Source: an uncultured Oscillospiraceae bacterium
Lineage (GTDB): Bacteria; Bacillota; Clostridia; Oscillospirales; Oscillospiraceae
Assembly: GCA_944385785.1 (NCBI GenBank)
Contig: CALWYO010000032.1
Coordinates: forward strand, 1 to 59,126
Length of the DNA stretch: 59,126 nt
Direction of reading: 5' to 3'
This document shows positions 25,097 through 35,108 of this stretch, in pieces. Under the pieces are notes generated by a model. The model had not been told where the DNA came from. It saw only the letters and a list, made by a program, of their open reading frames with translations, and made no database searches. Each line of letters begins with the position of its first letter. Within the stretch, counting starts at the first letter, position 1. Made by a program: the position numbers and the translations under genes.

Positions 25097-25639
25097 ATGA
25101 GAGTCATAACTGGTACTGCAAGAGGCAGGAAATTAATCGAACCTTCCAATTATGATATAAGGCCCACTACAGGCAAGGTTAAGGAATCGATGTTCAATAT
25201 AATACAGTTCCAGATACCTGGCAGCCGGGTCCTGGATCTCTTTGCAGGCACAGGTCAGCTGGGCATAGAGGCGCTAAGCCGCGGAGCAGAAGAAGCAATA
25301 TTTGTGGATACGTCCCCTGAAGCGGTGAAAATTGTTAGGGAAAATTTAAAAAATACTGGTTTTTTGGATAAGAGCAGGGTCGTGCGTACTGACTCTCTCA
25401 TGTATTTAAAAAGCGGTGAGAAGTTCGACATAGTTTTTATGGATCCTCCTTATTCTGGCGATACTTTGAAAATGGCCTTGAATATGGCGGTAAGGTTTGA
25501 CATATTGAAGGAAAATGGTATAATAATCTGCGAAAGTGAGCGCAAGACTGAACTTGAGGATCCGGAAAATGGAAAGTATTTGCGCCGTGAATATGTTTAT
25601 GGTAGAGTAAAACTTACGCTTTTTACGAAAAATAGATAG
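25097..25639 (+). CDS. rsmD: 16S rRNA (guanine966-N2)-methyltransferase RsmD
   Basis: MRVITGTARGRKL..RPTTGKVKESMFNII..LDLFAGTGQLGIEALSRGA..DPPY. Confidence 0.88.
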   Translation: MRVITGTARGRKLIEPSNYDIRPTTGKVKESMFNIIQFQIPGSRVLDLFAGTGQLGIEALSRGAEEAIFVDTSPEAVKIVRENLKNTGFLDKSRVVRTDSLMYLKSGEKFDIVFMDPPYSGDTLKMALNMAVRFDILKENGIIICESERKTELEDPENGKYLRREYVYGRVKLTLFTKNR

Positions 25640-25656
25640 ATGATAGGAAGAACGCC

Positions 25657-26136
25657 ATGAAGATTGCTGTTTATCCTGGTAGTTTTGATCCAATAACTCT
25701 TGGACACCTTAATATTGTCAAGCGCGCATCGCGGCTTTTTGACAAGGTATATGTTTGCGTTATGGTTAATTCCGCGAAACACCCTATTTTTTCTCTCCAG
25801 GAGCGCATGGAGTTTATCAAAAGATGCACTGGAAAATATGGAAATGTTGAAGTGGAATATTCGGATAAGCTGCTTGTAGAGTACGCCAGGTCCAGGGGCG
25901 CTACATTTATTGTAAAAGGATTGAGAGCACTTTCAGACTTCGACATGGAGTTCCAGATGGCTCTGATGAACAAAAAAATGGAATCTTCTATTGATACGGT
26001 GTTTTTAACTGCCGATGAAAAGTATACCTATCTTTCTTCGACTATAGTCAGAGAAATGGCAAGATACCATGCAGATTTAAGCCGGTTTGTACCTAGAGAG
26101 ATAATAGATGATGTTTTGGCGAAGGTTGGCGGCTGA
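25657..26136 (+). CDS. coaD: Pantetheine-phosphate adenylyltransferase
   Basis: MKIAVYPGSFDPITLGHLNIV..KGLRALSDFDMEFQMA..ISSTIVRE. Confidence 0.92.
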   Translation: MKIAVYPGSFDPITLGHLNIVKRASRLFDKVYVCVMVNSAKHPIFSLQERMEFIKRCTGKYGNVEVEYSDKLLVEYARSRGATFIVKGLRALSDFDMEFQMALMNKKMESSIDTVFLTADEKYTYLSSTIVREMARYHADLSRFVPREIIDDVLAKVGG

Positions 26137-26159
26137 CCTAAAGAAAGGAGATAAAGATT

Positions 26160-26669
26160 ATGGGTAATGATGTTCAAGAGCTTATTGACATGCTTTACAA
26201 CATGATAACAGACGCCTGGGGCCTGCCTCTGGGTGCGGAGAAGTGCGTTATTGAAAGGGACAAAGTGCTGGATTTGTTGGATGAGATAAAAGCGCAGCTG
26301 CCCACTGAGTTGGCAGAGGCCAAGCGCCTTGTTGCGGCCAGGACAGAGTTCATTAATAACGCGAAAAGGGAAGCTGAATCCATACGTAAGGTCGCTGAGG
26401 ACAGGGCAAGGCAGATGGTGGATCAGCAGGAGATCATTCATAACGCGAGAGTTAAGGCAAACGGCATTTTGTCAACTGCTGAGGGTCGCGCGTCGGAATT
26501 GCGCCGCGTGGCCAATGAGTATGCTGATGATGCGCTGCGGCGCACTGAGGAGGCTATATCTGAGGCTCTGAATGAAGTCCGACAGTCGAGAGCGCGTTTC
26601 AGAAGCGTCTCTGCAAAGGTGAATGAGTCGATGAAAGATATTGTCCCTTCGGATGAAGACGATGTATAA
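26160..26669 (+). CDS. Coiled-coil protein of unknown function (ATPase subunit b/H-like heptad pattern)
   Basis: Strong RBS GAAAGGAG. The translation is Ala/Arg/Glu-rich and helical, with no catalytic motifs. Confidence 0.5.
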   Translation: MGNDVQELIDMLYNMITDAWGLPLGAEKCVIERDKVLDLLDEIKAQLPTELAEAKRLVAARTEFINNAKREAESIRKVAEDRARQMVDQQEIIHNARVKANGILSTAEGRASELRRVANEYADDALRRTEEAISEALNEVRQSRARFRSVSAKVNESMKDIVPSDEDDV

Positions 26670-26705
26670 TCTTACGCGGATGTAAATACCCCTGTCTCGT
26701 AATAA

Positions 26706-26748
26706 TAAAAAGGGAAGGGCATGGATAAAGCCATGCCCTTCCCTTTTT
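26706..26748 (+). terminator. Intrinsic terminator ending the uvrC-rsmD-coaD unit
   Basis: aaaaagggaagggcatgg-ataaag-ccatgcccttcccttttt. Confidence 0.85.
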
Positions 26749-26886
26749 ATTATTTTTTGATAGTAAATTATTCCAAAAGCATACCGTAAATACCATATTT
26801 GCCGGATTAAACCGGTTGAAGAAACAAGATAGGCGGATGCGTCATACTATCGACAAAAGACGCACAGAAAAAGGCAAAATTGCCTC

Positions 26887-26952
26887 TTGCTTTTTCCAGA
26901 GCCAACATCTATAATAAAACCATTCAAGTGGGGTGAAGTGGTGTAAAGTGCA
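26887..26952 (+). promoter_or_regulatory. dcw (mraZ) promoter TTGCTT-17-TATAAT plus three 10-bp-phased GTGG-type repeats (candidate MraZ operator)
   Basis: TTGCTT at 26887-26892, then TATAAT at 26910-26915. The repeats are GTGGG (26928), GTGGT (26938) and GTGCA (26948), spaced exactly 10 nt apart. Confidence 0.55.
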
Positions 26953-26984
26953 TCAATTTCCCATAATGTTGGGGGTGAAAAAAG

Positions 26985-27401
26985 ATGACCGGGGTTTACA
27001 GGCATACGCTGGACTCAAAAGGGCGTCTTTTTATACCCGCAAAGTTAAGGGAAGAACTTGGAGATGTGTTTTATGTCACTTTATCAATGGAGAAATGCCT
27101 ATCAGCGTACTCTTCAGAGAGCTGGGATAGATTTATGACAAAAATTAAAGAAATGCCCAGGGTAAAGCAGATAAAAATGCGTCCGCTTTTTTCCCACGCA
27201 GCAAAGTGCGAACTTGACAGTCAGGGGAGAATACTCCTCCCACAGGCGCTCAGGGACTTTGCTGGTTTGACGAAAAATGTTGCAGTTGTGGGAGCGGGAG
27301 AGTGCGCGGAATTTTGGGATGAGGCCGCGTGGAATGAGGTGGATATGGGTGAAACCACACCGGAAAATATCGCAGCGGTCTTTACGGAGCTTGACTTCTG
27401 A
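26985..27401 (+). CDS. mraZ: Transcriptional regulator MraZ
   Basis: Two SpoVT-AbrB-like halves: YRHTLDSKGRLFIPAKLREEL and ELDSQGRILLPQALRDFAGL. Confidence 0.92.
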   Translation: MTGVYRHTLDSKGRLFIPAKLREELGDVFYVTLSMEKCLSAYSSESWDRFMTKIKEMPRVKQIKMRPLFSHAAKCELDSQGRILLPQALRDFAGLTKNVAVVGAGECAEFWDEAAWNEVDMGETTPENIAAVFTELDF

Positions 27402-28333
27402 TGACAGGTGAACATGTACCGGTACTCCTCGAAGAATGTATCAGAGGGCTTTGCATAAAGCCTGACGGTATCTATGTGGATGGAACGCTCGGGCGGGGCG
27501 GACATTCTGAGAGAATAGCCAGGGAACTTAAAACGGGCAGATTAATTTGCATCGATAGAGATGAGGCTGCTATTGAGGCGTCCAGGCAGCGTCTTGAGCC
27601 TTACTCCGATGTAGTCACCGTCATCAGGGCCAACTTCCGAGATTTGGGCATGATATTGGATGGCCAGGGCATTGATCAGGTGGATGGAATGCTTTTTGAT
27701 TTAGGTGTGTCATCCCCTCAATTAGACGATGCCAATAGAGGCTTTTCATATATGGCTGACGCTCCGCTTGATATGAGAATGGATAGATCTTCAGAGATTA
27801 CAGCGTATGATGTGGTAAACAAATGGAGTGAAGAGGAATTAATCCGTATATTTTTTCAGTACGGAGAAGAACGGTATTCCAGAAGGGTAGCCGAGGCAAT
27901 AGTAAAAAAACGAAATAAAAGCCCAATCACATCTACTGTCCAACTTGTAGAAACAATTAAATCGGCCATGCCGGCAGCTGCGCTCAGAGAAAAGCAACAC
28001 CCTGCTAAGAGGTGTTTTCAGGCAATAAGAATCGCGGTGAATGACGAACTTGACGCTCTTTCAGATATGTTGGATACGGCTATGGACAGGCTGAAGCCTG
28101 GCGGGCGGATTGCAGTTATAAGTTTTCATTCGTTAGAAGATCGGATAGTAAAAAACGCTATTAGAGCGCGTGAAAATGGGTGTACGTGTCCTCCGGGACT
28201 TCCGATATGCGTTTGCGGTTTTAAAAAGACGATTAAATCAATAACTCGTAAACCTATTGTCCCATCTGATGAGGAAATAAAAAGAAATCCTCGGGCAAGA
28301 AGCGCGAAATTACGTATCGCAGAGAAAATTTGA
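27401..28333 (+). CDS. rsmH: 16S rRNA (cytosine1402-N4)-methyltransferase RsmH
   Basis: HVPVLLEE..YVDGTLGRGGHS..FDLGVSSPQLD..GFSY..DMRMD..SFHSLEDRIVK. Confidence 0.92.
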   Translation: MTGEHVPVLLEECIRGLCIKPDGIYVDGTLGRGGHSERIARELKTGRLICIDRDEAAIEASRQRLEPYSDVVTVIRANFRDLGMILDGQGIDQVDGMLFDLGVSSPQLDDANRGFSYMADAPLDMRMDRSSEITAYDVVNKWSEEELIRIFFQYGEERYSRRVAEAIVKKRNKSPITSTVQLVETIKSAMPAAALREKQHPAKRCFQAIRIAVNDELDALSDMLDTAMDRLKPGGRIAVISFHSLEDRIVKNAIRARENGCTCPPGLPICVCGFKKTIKSITRKPIVPSDEEIKRNPRARSAKLRIAEKI

Positions 28334-28378
28334 CTGCGAATTTGTAGTACTATTAACAAATGAGAAAGGAACAAGATA

Positions 28379-28939
28379 ATGGCGTCTTCAACAGCTGATG
28401 TCCGTTACGCGTCAAACGGAGTCTATGGAAATGTGGCGTACGATTTTGGCAGGACAGGCGGATATGCAATACCTGACGAAGAACTATATACAAGACCTGC
28501 AGAACGCCCTGAAGAACTTACTCGGGAAATTCCGAAGGAACGTACTGCGGTTAGAACAAAAGAAGACGCCTTTGGAGTTCCGCTTTTTGGAATAGTGGGA
28601 TTTTTTGCAGTTGCCGCACTTATGGTGCTCTTACTGTTGAGCTATGTGCAGCTTGCGGAGATTTCAGATGAGACAACGCAACTGCAAAGTACAATTTCAC
28701 AGCTGGACGAAGAGAATGAAATCCTGAGCGTTCAATATGAAACCACCTTTAATCTGAATGACATAAAAGACTACGCTATGAATACGCTTGGAATGGTAGA
28801 AATTTCTGAAGACAACATCACTGTGGTTGAAGTCGAGCGTGAAGATAAAGCTGTGATACTCAACGAAGATACTTCGTCAAAGGGGATTTTTTCCGGCATC
28901 ACCAGTTTTTTTGACTCTTTGCTGGAATATTTCAGATGA
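28379..28939 (+). CDS. ftsL: FtsL-like bitopic cell-division protein
   Basis: Its position lies between rsmH and the class B PBP. It has a single TM segment (FGIVGFFAVAALMVLLLLSYV) followed by a coiled coil (ETTQLQSTISQLDEENEIL). Confidence 0.6.
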   Translation: MASSTADVRYASNGVYGNVAYDFGRTGGYAIPDEELYTRPAERPEELTREIPKERTAVRTKEDAFGVPLFGIVGFFAVAALMVLLLLSYVQLAEISDETTQLQSTISQLDEENEILSVQYETTFNLNDIKDYAMNTLGMVEISEDNITVVEVEREDKAVILNEDTSSKGIFSGITSFFDSLLEYFR

Positions 28940-29044
28940 CAATTTGAGTAAATATGTACGGGTGGAGGACGTACTGTGAGACAAAGTGTAGCAACTGTTA
29001 TGTAGCGACGCATGTTTAAAGGCAAGTATCTAAGGAGAATATAA

Positions 29045-31360
29045 ATGGCGAATTTCGGAAGTAAAGCGCATGGTCAACGACCAAATAAGACTATACTCAG
29101 CCGCACACTTATACTTATGATAGTGTGCGGCGTAGTTGCCTTTTCGGTTCTGGCGATACGTCTTGGAAAACTGATGATATCTGATCATGACTATTATGAG
29201 CAGAGAGCTGTGGAACAGCAGACCAGATCTACTACGGTTAAGGCTGATAGAGGCACTATTTATGATGCTAACGGAAATGTGCTGGCAATGAGTGCTACAG
29301 CTTATACGGTTTTCATATCTCCTTACGAGATAGAATATTATAGTACGGACGAGAACTCGCGATATGGAGACGATCCGGAATTAATCGCACAGGGACTTTC
29401 TGAAATTCTTGGTGTGGAATATGACAGCATTATGGAGATGATGGAGGATACGAGCTCTTGGTATAAGACCGTAGCCACGAAGATTGACTCCGAACTGGCC
29501 GACCAGGTAAGAGAGTTTAAAAGTGAAAACGATATTGTTGGGATACATATTGAGAATGATTCAAAACGATACTACCCTTATGGAGATCTTGCATGCCATG
29601 TAATTGGCTTTGTGGGAACTGACAATTATGGCCTTGAGGGAATAGAGGCCCAGTATAACGAGTACCTTGAGGGCGTTGACGGAAGTATAGTTAGACTGAC
29701 AACAAACGAAGGCACAGAGATGCTTTTTGAAAATTATGAAAACTATAACGATGCAGTAGATGGGGCGGATATCACGCTGACACTTGATGCGACGATTCAG
29801 AATATAGCTGAGAAGTACCTACAACAGGCAGTTGCGGCGAATGATATTTTAAACGGTGGCTGCTGCATTGTTATGAATGTAAAAACAGGCGAGATTCTGG
29901 CCATGGCAAATGCCAATGGGTATGATTTAAATTCACCGTGGACGCTGAGCGAAGATGTGCAGGCTGAGATTGATGCCATAACTGATGATGAGGAACGCAG
30001 CGCTGCCAGGACTAACGCACAGCTGGCTCAGTGGAGAAACATGGCGATTTCAGATACTTATGAACCAGGCTCAGTCTTTAAAATAATCACATTGGCAATG
30101 GGCCTCGATTCGGGAACGGTTTCTGAAAATGACAATTTCTACTGCGGGGGATCGATGCAGGTTCTGGGCCGCGGCGGTGTTCCGCTTAATTGCTGGAAAC
30201 ATGCCGGCCACGGAAATCAGAACTTGAGAGAAGCCGCCATGCACTCGTGTAATGTGGCCTTTGTCAATATCGGCCTGCAGGTGGGCGCCGAGGCTTTTTA
30301 TAACTATGTGGAAGCGTTTGGCCTGTGGAATAAGACGGGTATAGATTTAGCCGGAGAAACAAGTACCAGAGGCCTCTGGTGGAGCGATGAAGTTTTTAAA
30401 GACCCAAATAACCTCTCACAGCTGGCTGCGGCCTCTTTTGGACAGACTTTCAATGTTACGCCAATACAGATGATAACTGCGGTGGCAGCGGCGGTAAATG
30501 GCGGTTATCTGATGGAACCGTATTTGGTCAGTGAGATAACAGATGCTTCAGGTGAAGTTATCTACTCAAAAGAACCGACTGTTGTACGTCAGGTGATAAG
30601 CCAGGAGACAAGTGCTCTTATCAGCAACATATTGGATTCAGTCGTAAATGAAGAAGGCGGCACTGGAAGCAATGCGGCCGTAGCAGGATACAGTATAGGT
30701 GGAAAAACGGGAACGACTACAAAAACAGCGCTTGAGGCCCAGGGTATCACAGAGTACATGGTGTCATTTTGCGGTGTGGCACCTACTGACGATCCAGAGA
30801 TAGCTGTACTGCTTGTACTCGATAACCCAAGCGGAGAGGCGGAAACGTATATAAGCGGTGGCGCTATGGCAGCCCCGTACGTTGGGAAGATAATGAGCGA
30901 AGTGCTCCCCTATATTGGCGTGGAGCCAGTTTACAGCGATGAAGAGGAAGCGCTGTTGGATGTTACGGTTCCAAGCGTAAGAAATCAGAGCATTGGCGAT
31001 GCACAGAGCGAGATGGCTGAGATGGGCCTGAATGTAGATATAGTTGGGGACGGCGATACTGTAACAGATCAACTTCCTGCAGCGGGGTCCAAAGTGGCGG
31101 CTGGGAGTACGGTGATACTCTATGCCGAAGAAGAAGCAAGCCAGGAAACAGTTACTGTTCCAAACCTCTACGGCATGACAATGAGCCAGGCTCAATCTGC
31201 GTTGGAGGCTCGTGGACTATTCCTCAGCACATCGGGGGCTCCGGCAACCGATTCTAATGTTGTGGTGTCTCAACAGTCTGTGGCTAACGGACAGGAAGTG
31301 CCGTACGGAACCGTGGTGGAAGTTACAATGATTGACAGCAGCAACCTGGGTATGTACTAA
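29045..31360 (+). CDS. Class B penicillin-binding protein (FtsI/PBP2B/SpoVD family) with two C-terminal PASTA domains
   Basis: N-terminal anchor, dimerisation domain, and transpeptidase motifs SVFK, SCN and KTGTT. Two PASTA-like repeats are present (VPSVRNQSIGDAQSEMAEMGL.. and VPNLYGMTMSQAQSALEARGL..). Confidence 0.9.
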   Translation: MANFGSKAHGQRPNKTILSRTLILMIVCGVVAFSVLAIRLGKLMISDHDYYEQRAVEQQTRSTTVKADRGTIYDANGNVLAMSATAYTVFISPYEIEYYSTDENSRYGDDPELIAQGLSEILGVEYDSIMEMMEDTSSWYKTVATKIDSELADQVREFKSENDIVGIHIENDSKRYYPYGDLACHVIGFVGTDNYGLEGIEAQYNEYLEGVDGSIVRLTTNEGTEMLFENYENYNDAVDGADITLTLDATIQNIAEKYLQQAVAANDILNGGCCIVMNVKTGEILAMANANGYDLNSPWTLSEDVQAEIDAITDDEERSAARTNAQLAQWRNMAISDTYEPGSVFKIITLAMGLDSGTVSENDNFYCGGSMQVLGRGGVPLNCWKHAGHGNQNLREAAMHSCNVAFVNIGLQVGAEAFYNYVEAFGLWNKTGIDLAGETSTRGLWWSDEVFKDPNNLSQLAAASFGQTFNVTPIQMITAVAAAVNGGYLMEPYLVSEITDASGEVIYSKEPTVVRQVISQETSALISNILDSVVNEEGGTGSNAAVAGYSIGGKTGTTTKTALEAQGITEYMVSFCGVAPTDDPEIAVLLVLDNPSGEAETYISGGAMAAPYVGKIMSEVLPYIGVEPVYSDEEEALLDVTVPSVRNQSIGDAQSEMAEMGLNVDIVGDGDTVTDQLPAAGSKVAAGSTVILYAEEEASQETVTVPNLYGMTMSQAQSALEARGLFLSTSGAPATDSNVVVSQQSVANGQEVPYGTVVEVTMIDSSNLGMY

Positions 31361-31407
31361 AGAGATAACAAAAGGGTGAGGGTTGAGATAAATACTAAAA
31401 GATAGCG

Positions 31408-32883
31408 GTGATTTATTTGAAGCTTAGTAGAGTTTTAGAAAAGATTAATGTGCGTGAAATGCACGCTGATCCTGAGTTGGAGATAAAGGGTGTAGACAGC
31501 GACTCCAGGAAAATTGGGCCTGGTGAACTGTTCGTTGCCGTGCGGGGATATGAAAATGACGGACATAAATTTATTGTGCCCGCAGTAAATGCAGGCGCGG
31601 TGTGCGTCGTATGTGAGGAGCCGCCACAATGTGAGACACCGTATGTTATAGTTGAGAATTCAAGATTGGCAATGGCATTGCTGGCAGGAAACTTTTACGG
31701 CAACCCTTCTGAGCGTATGTGTATGATTGGGGTAACCGGCACAAATGGAAAGACCACCGTAACAAATCTGATTAAACAGATTCTTGAGAAGACTTTGGAA
31801 GCCAAAGTCGGGCTTATTGGTACAAATAAAAATATGATAGGTGAATTGGAGCTTGAAGCAGACCACACTACTCCAGATTCGCTTGAACTGCAAAAATTGC
31901 TTAAACGTATGGCGGACGAGGGATGTACACATGTGGTTATGGAGGTTTCCTCTCATGCTCTATACCTTGATAGAGTGGCTGGTATAAGATATAAAATCGG
32001 AGTTTTTACCAATTTGACAGAGGATCATCTCGACTTTCATAAGACCATGGAGGAATATGCCAGGGCAAAAGCAAAGCTCTTTGAGATCAGCGATGTATCG
32101 ATAGTTAACATTGACGATCAATATGCAGGTATAATGCTGGAGGCGGCGTCTGGTGAGAGATATACTTATTCGACCAGTAGAAATGATGCAGATCTAACGG
32201 CGAAAAGCATTAAACTGGAACAGTCGTCTGTCTCATTCTGCGCTCTTACTACAGGTAGGCTGGAGAAAGTCAAGCTGCACATACCAGGTATGTTCTCAAT
32301 TTATAATGGGCTGGCGGCGCTATCGACGGCCGTTTGCCTTGGAGTTGATCTGGGAACAGCTTCTGATGCTTTAAACCAGTGTTCCGGAGTTAAAGGCAGG
32401 GCAGAGATTGTGCCTTGTGACAGAGGGTATACAGTATTAATTGATTACGCGCACACACCTGACGCTCTTGAGAATATACTCAATACCGTCAAAGGATTCG
32501 CGAATGGAAGAGTGATATTGCTCTTTGGATGTGGCGGCGATCGGGAAAAAACAAAACGTCCCCTGATGGGCTCAATAGCGGTCAGTAAGGCTGATTATGT
32601 GATAATTACGTCTGACAATCCCAGAACAGAGGAACCAATGGATATAATCAATAACATTTTGGAGGGAATTGGCGAGACTGACACGCCATACGATGTTATT
32701 GAAAACCGGCGTGAGGCTATAGGCAGAGCACTGGAGATAGCAAGACCTGGAGACGTTGTTATTCTTGCGGGCAAGGGCCACGAGACGTATCAGATTATCG
32801 GAAGGCAAAAGAACCACTTTGACGAGAGGGAGATCGTGGCAGATTATTTGAAGATTGGATGTGTATCTACAAATGATTGTTGA
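31408..32883 (+). CDS. murE: UDP-N-acetylmuramoyl-L-alanyl-D-glutamate--2,6-diaminopimelate ligase
   Basis: GVTGTNGKTT P-loop, and DNPR with a GDREK-type DAP-selective region (GCGGDREKTKRP). The alternative TTG start at 31417 gives MKLSRVL. Confidence 0.9.
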   Translation: MIYLKLSRVLEKINVREMHADPELEIKGVDSDSRKIGPGELFVAVRGYENDGHKFIVPAVNAGAVCVVCEEPPQCETPYVIVENSRLAMALLAGNFYGNPSERMCMIGVTGTNGKTTVTNLIKQILEKTLEAKVGLIGTNKNMIGELELEADHTTPDSLELQKLLKRMADEGCTHVVMEVSSHALYLDRVAGIRYKIGVFTNLTEDHLDFHKTMEEYARAKAKLFEISDVSIVNIDDQYAGIMLEAASGERYTYSTSRNDADLTAKSIKLEQSSVSFCALTTGRLEKVKLHIPGMFSIYNGLAALSTAVCLGVDLGTASDALNQCSGVKGRAEIVPCDRGYTVLIDYAHTPDALENILNTVKGFANGRVILLFGCGGDREKTKRPLMGSIAVSKADYVIITSDNPRTEEPMDIINNILEGIGETDTPYDVIENRREAIGRALEIARPGDVVILAGKGHETYQIIGRQKNHFDEREIVADYLKIGCVSTNDC

Positions 32884-33859
32884 GCTGTTATGGGGGGGCG
32901 TTGGTTCTTTCCTGATTACATCGCTTGTTGGAATGATCCTTATACCGCTGCTCAGGAAAAAAAAGGCCGGACAGTCCATTAAAGAGGACGGACCTGTATG
33001 GCATATGTCTAAACAGGGGACGCCTACTATGGGCGGACTTATGTTCATTGCTGGTATATCGGTGATGTGTCTGCTGGGTGGAATGGATGAGATTGCCGCA
33101 GGAGATTGGAGGCACATAATCATACTGGCCTTTTCGCTTATTTTTGCTGCGATTGGTTTTTTGGATGACTATGAAAAGCTGAAAAAAAAGCAGAACCTTG
33201 GACTCACTGCACTGCAGAAGTTCCTTTTGCAGTTGGTAGCGGCTATTGTGCTAATACTGCTTTTGAGGTTGGAAGGCCATTTAAGTTCAAATCTGTATGT
33301 GCCGTTTTTTGATGTGACTATACATCTGCCATACCCAGTCTATCTGGTATTAGCAGCATTTATAATCGTCGGCTGCGTGAACGCTGTTAATATCACAGAC
33401 GGCGTAGACGGATTAGCAGCGGGAGTTTCTATCCCTGTAGCAATTTTTTACACTGCCATATCAGCGGTGTGGGGTTATTCTTCAGTTGGACTTTTTGGAG
33501 CCGCTCTCACCGGAGGACTTTGTGCATTCTTAATATTCAATTTTTACCCTGCAAAAATTTTCATGGGAGATACAGGTTCACTTTTCCTGGGGGGAGCTAT
33601 ATGCGCGGCTGCATTTGCGCTGGATATGCCGCTTATACTCATACCTTTGGGAATTGTCTATATCATTGAGACGCTTTCAGACATAATACAGGTGACATAT
33701 TTCAAAGCGACTCACGGAAAGCGAATATTTAAGATGGCTCCTCTGCATCATCATCTTGAGATGAGCGGGTGGGGTGAAAGAAGAATATTTACTGTGTTTA
33801 CGGCAATATCTGCTGCTTTTGCATGTCTATCTTTTTTTGCTGTAATGAATAGGTTTTGA
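32855..33859 (+). CDS. mraY: Phospho-N-acetylmuramoyl-pentapeptide transferase
   Basis: ..DGPVWHMSKQGTPTMGG..DDYEKL..NAVNITDGVDGLA..GDTGSLFLGG..HHHLE. The start is ambiguous (TTG 32855 or ATG 32873) and overlaps the murE end. Confidence 0.9.
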   Translation: MDVYLQMIVELLWGGVGSFLITSLVGMILIPLLRKKKAGQSIKEDGPVWHMSKQGTPTMGGLMFIAGISVMCLLGGMDEIAAGDWRHIIILAFSLIFAAIGFLDDYEKLKKKQNLGLTALQKFLLQLVAAIVLILLLRLEGHLSSNLYVPFFDVTIHLPYPVYLVLAAFIIVGCVNAVNITDGVDGLAAGVSIPVAIFYTAISAVWGYSSVGLFGAALTGGLCAFLIFNFYPAKIFMGDTGSLFLGGAICAAAFALDMPLILIPLGIVYIIETLSDIIQVTYFKATHGKRIFKMAPLHHHLEMSGWGERRIFTVFTAISAAFACLSFFAVMNRF

Positions 33860-33893
33860 GGATTAAAGGCAACGACATAATTGCGAAGGGAGG

Positions 33894-35108
33894 ATGCGGA
33901 TGATGACAAGATACGATGGAGAAAGCCTTCAACCGGAGGAGAGCCGCCGAGACAGAGAAGAACTCAGACGTCACGCTGAGCATGCAGAAGGCACGCGGCG
34001 GGGACCAATGGATCTTCCGTTTCTTCTTTTAACAATGATAATTTTAACAGTAGGCGTTGTAATGGTTTTATCTGCAAGTTTTGCCAGAGCCTATTATGAA
34101 TCTGCCGATCCCACAAGGTACTTTGTCAGGCAACTGCTTTTTGCTGTCAGCGGTACGGCCATAATGTTAGCCGTATCAAGATTCCCAGTGTGGATATTCA
34201 GGCGCTTTTCGATGCTGTCTCTGTTAGCTTCTATTTTCCTTCTGATATTGGTACCGATTATTGGTGTAGAAGAGAACGGCGCAAAAAGGTGGATTGATCT
34301 GGGATTTACGACTTTCCAACCTTCAGAAGTTACAAAGCTGGCTATTATCTTATCTTTTGCATCGATGATATGCGTGTACAAAGATAAGATGAAGACGTTT
34401 AAGTACGGAGTACTTCCATTTGGAATAATACTTGTAGTCGTAGTAGGACTGTTAATACTGGAGCCACACTTATCCGCCTCTGTAATCATAATCGCCATTG
34501 GGGCAATTATGATGTTCGTAGGCGGTACCAAGTGGACGTATTTTGCATTTGGCGGAGCCGTTGTATTGGGCGTGGGTATACTTCTTGTGACTCAAATGGG
34601 CTACGCCTCCAGCCGAATAAACACGTGGCTTGATCCGTTTTCTGATCCTCAGGGTTCGGGATTCCAGATAATTCAATCGCTGTATTCAGTGGGTTCCGGT
34701 GGGCTTCTTGGCCTTGGACTCGGTCAGGGAAGGCAAAAATATCTGTATTTGCCAGAGGAACATAACGATTTTATTTTTGCTGTTGTATGTGAAGAGCTGG
34801 GGCTGATCGGCGCTCTGCTTATATTGCTGCTTTTTGCTCTCCTTATTATCCGAGGATACTGGCTGGCCATGCATGCAAGAGACCGCTTTGGCGCGCTTGT
34901 AATAACAGGTATAACAAGCCTGCTGGCTATCCAGGTATTTTTGAATGTTGCAGTTGTGACAAACCTTGTGCCCTGCACGGGCATATCACTGCCTTTTTTT
35001 AGTTACGGTGGTACGGCATTGTGGATACAGCTTATAGAGATGGGTATAGTTCTGTCGATTTCAAGGGAAATACCGCTTAAGAGAAAGAAAAAGGAAGAGA
35101 CAAAATGA
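33894..35108 (+). CDS. ftsW: SEDS-family peptidoglycan polymerase FtsW/SpoVE
   Basis: Ten TM segments with QPSEVTKLAIIL, EEHNDFIF and SLPFFSYGG motifs. The likely true start is the ATG at 33900 (GGAGG 6 nt upstream). Confidence 0.88.
   Translation: MRMMTRYDGESLQPEESRRDREELRRHAEHAEGTRRGPMDLPFLLLTMIILTVGVVMVLSASFARAYYESADPTRYFVRQLLFAVSGTAIMLAVSRFPVWIFRRFSMLSLLASIFLLILVPIIGVEENGAKRWIDLGFTTFQPSEVTKLAIILSFASMICVYKDKMKTFKYGVLPFGIILVVVVGLLILEPHLSASVIIIAIGAIMMFVGGTKWTYFAFGGAVVLGVGILLVTQMGYASSRINTWLDPFSDPQGSGFQIIQSLYSVGSGGLLGLGLGQGRQKYLYLPEEHNDFIFAVVCEELGLIGALLILLLFALLIIRGYWLAMHARDRFGALVITGITSLLAIQVFLNVAVVTNLVPCTGISLPFFSYGGTALWIQLIEMGIVLSISREIPLKRKKKEETK

Noticed and set aside
32572-33123. 183-aa minus-strand ORF
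   Set aside because: It is antisense across the murE/mraY junction. Both sense genes carry diagnostic motifs.
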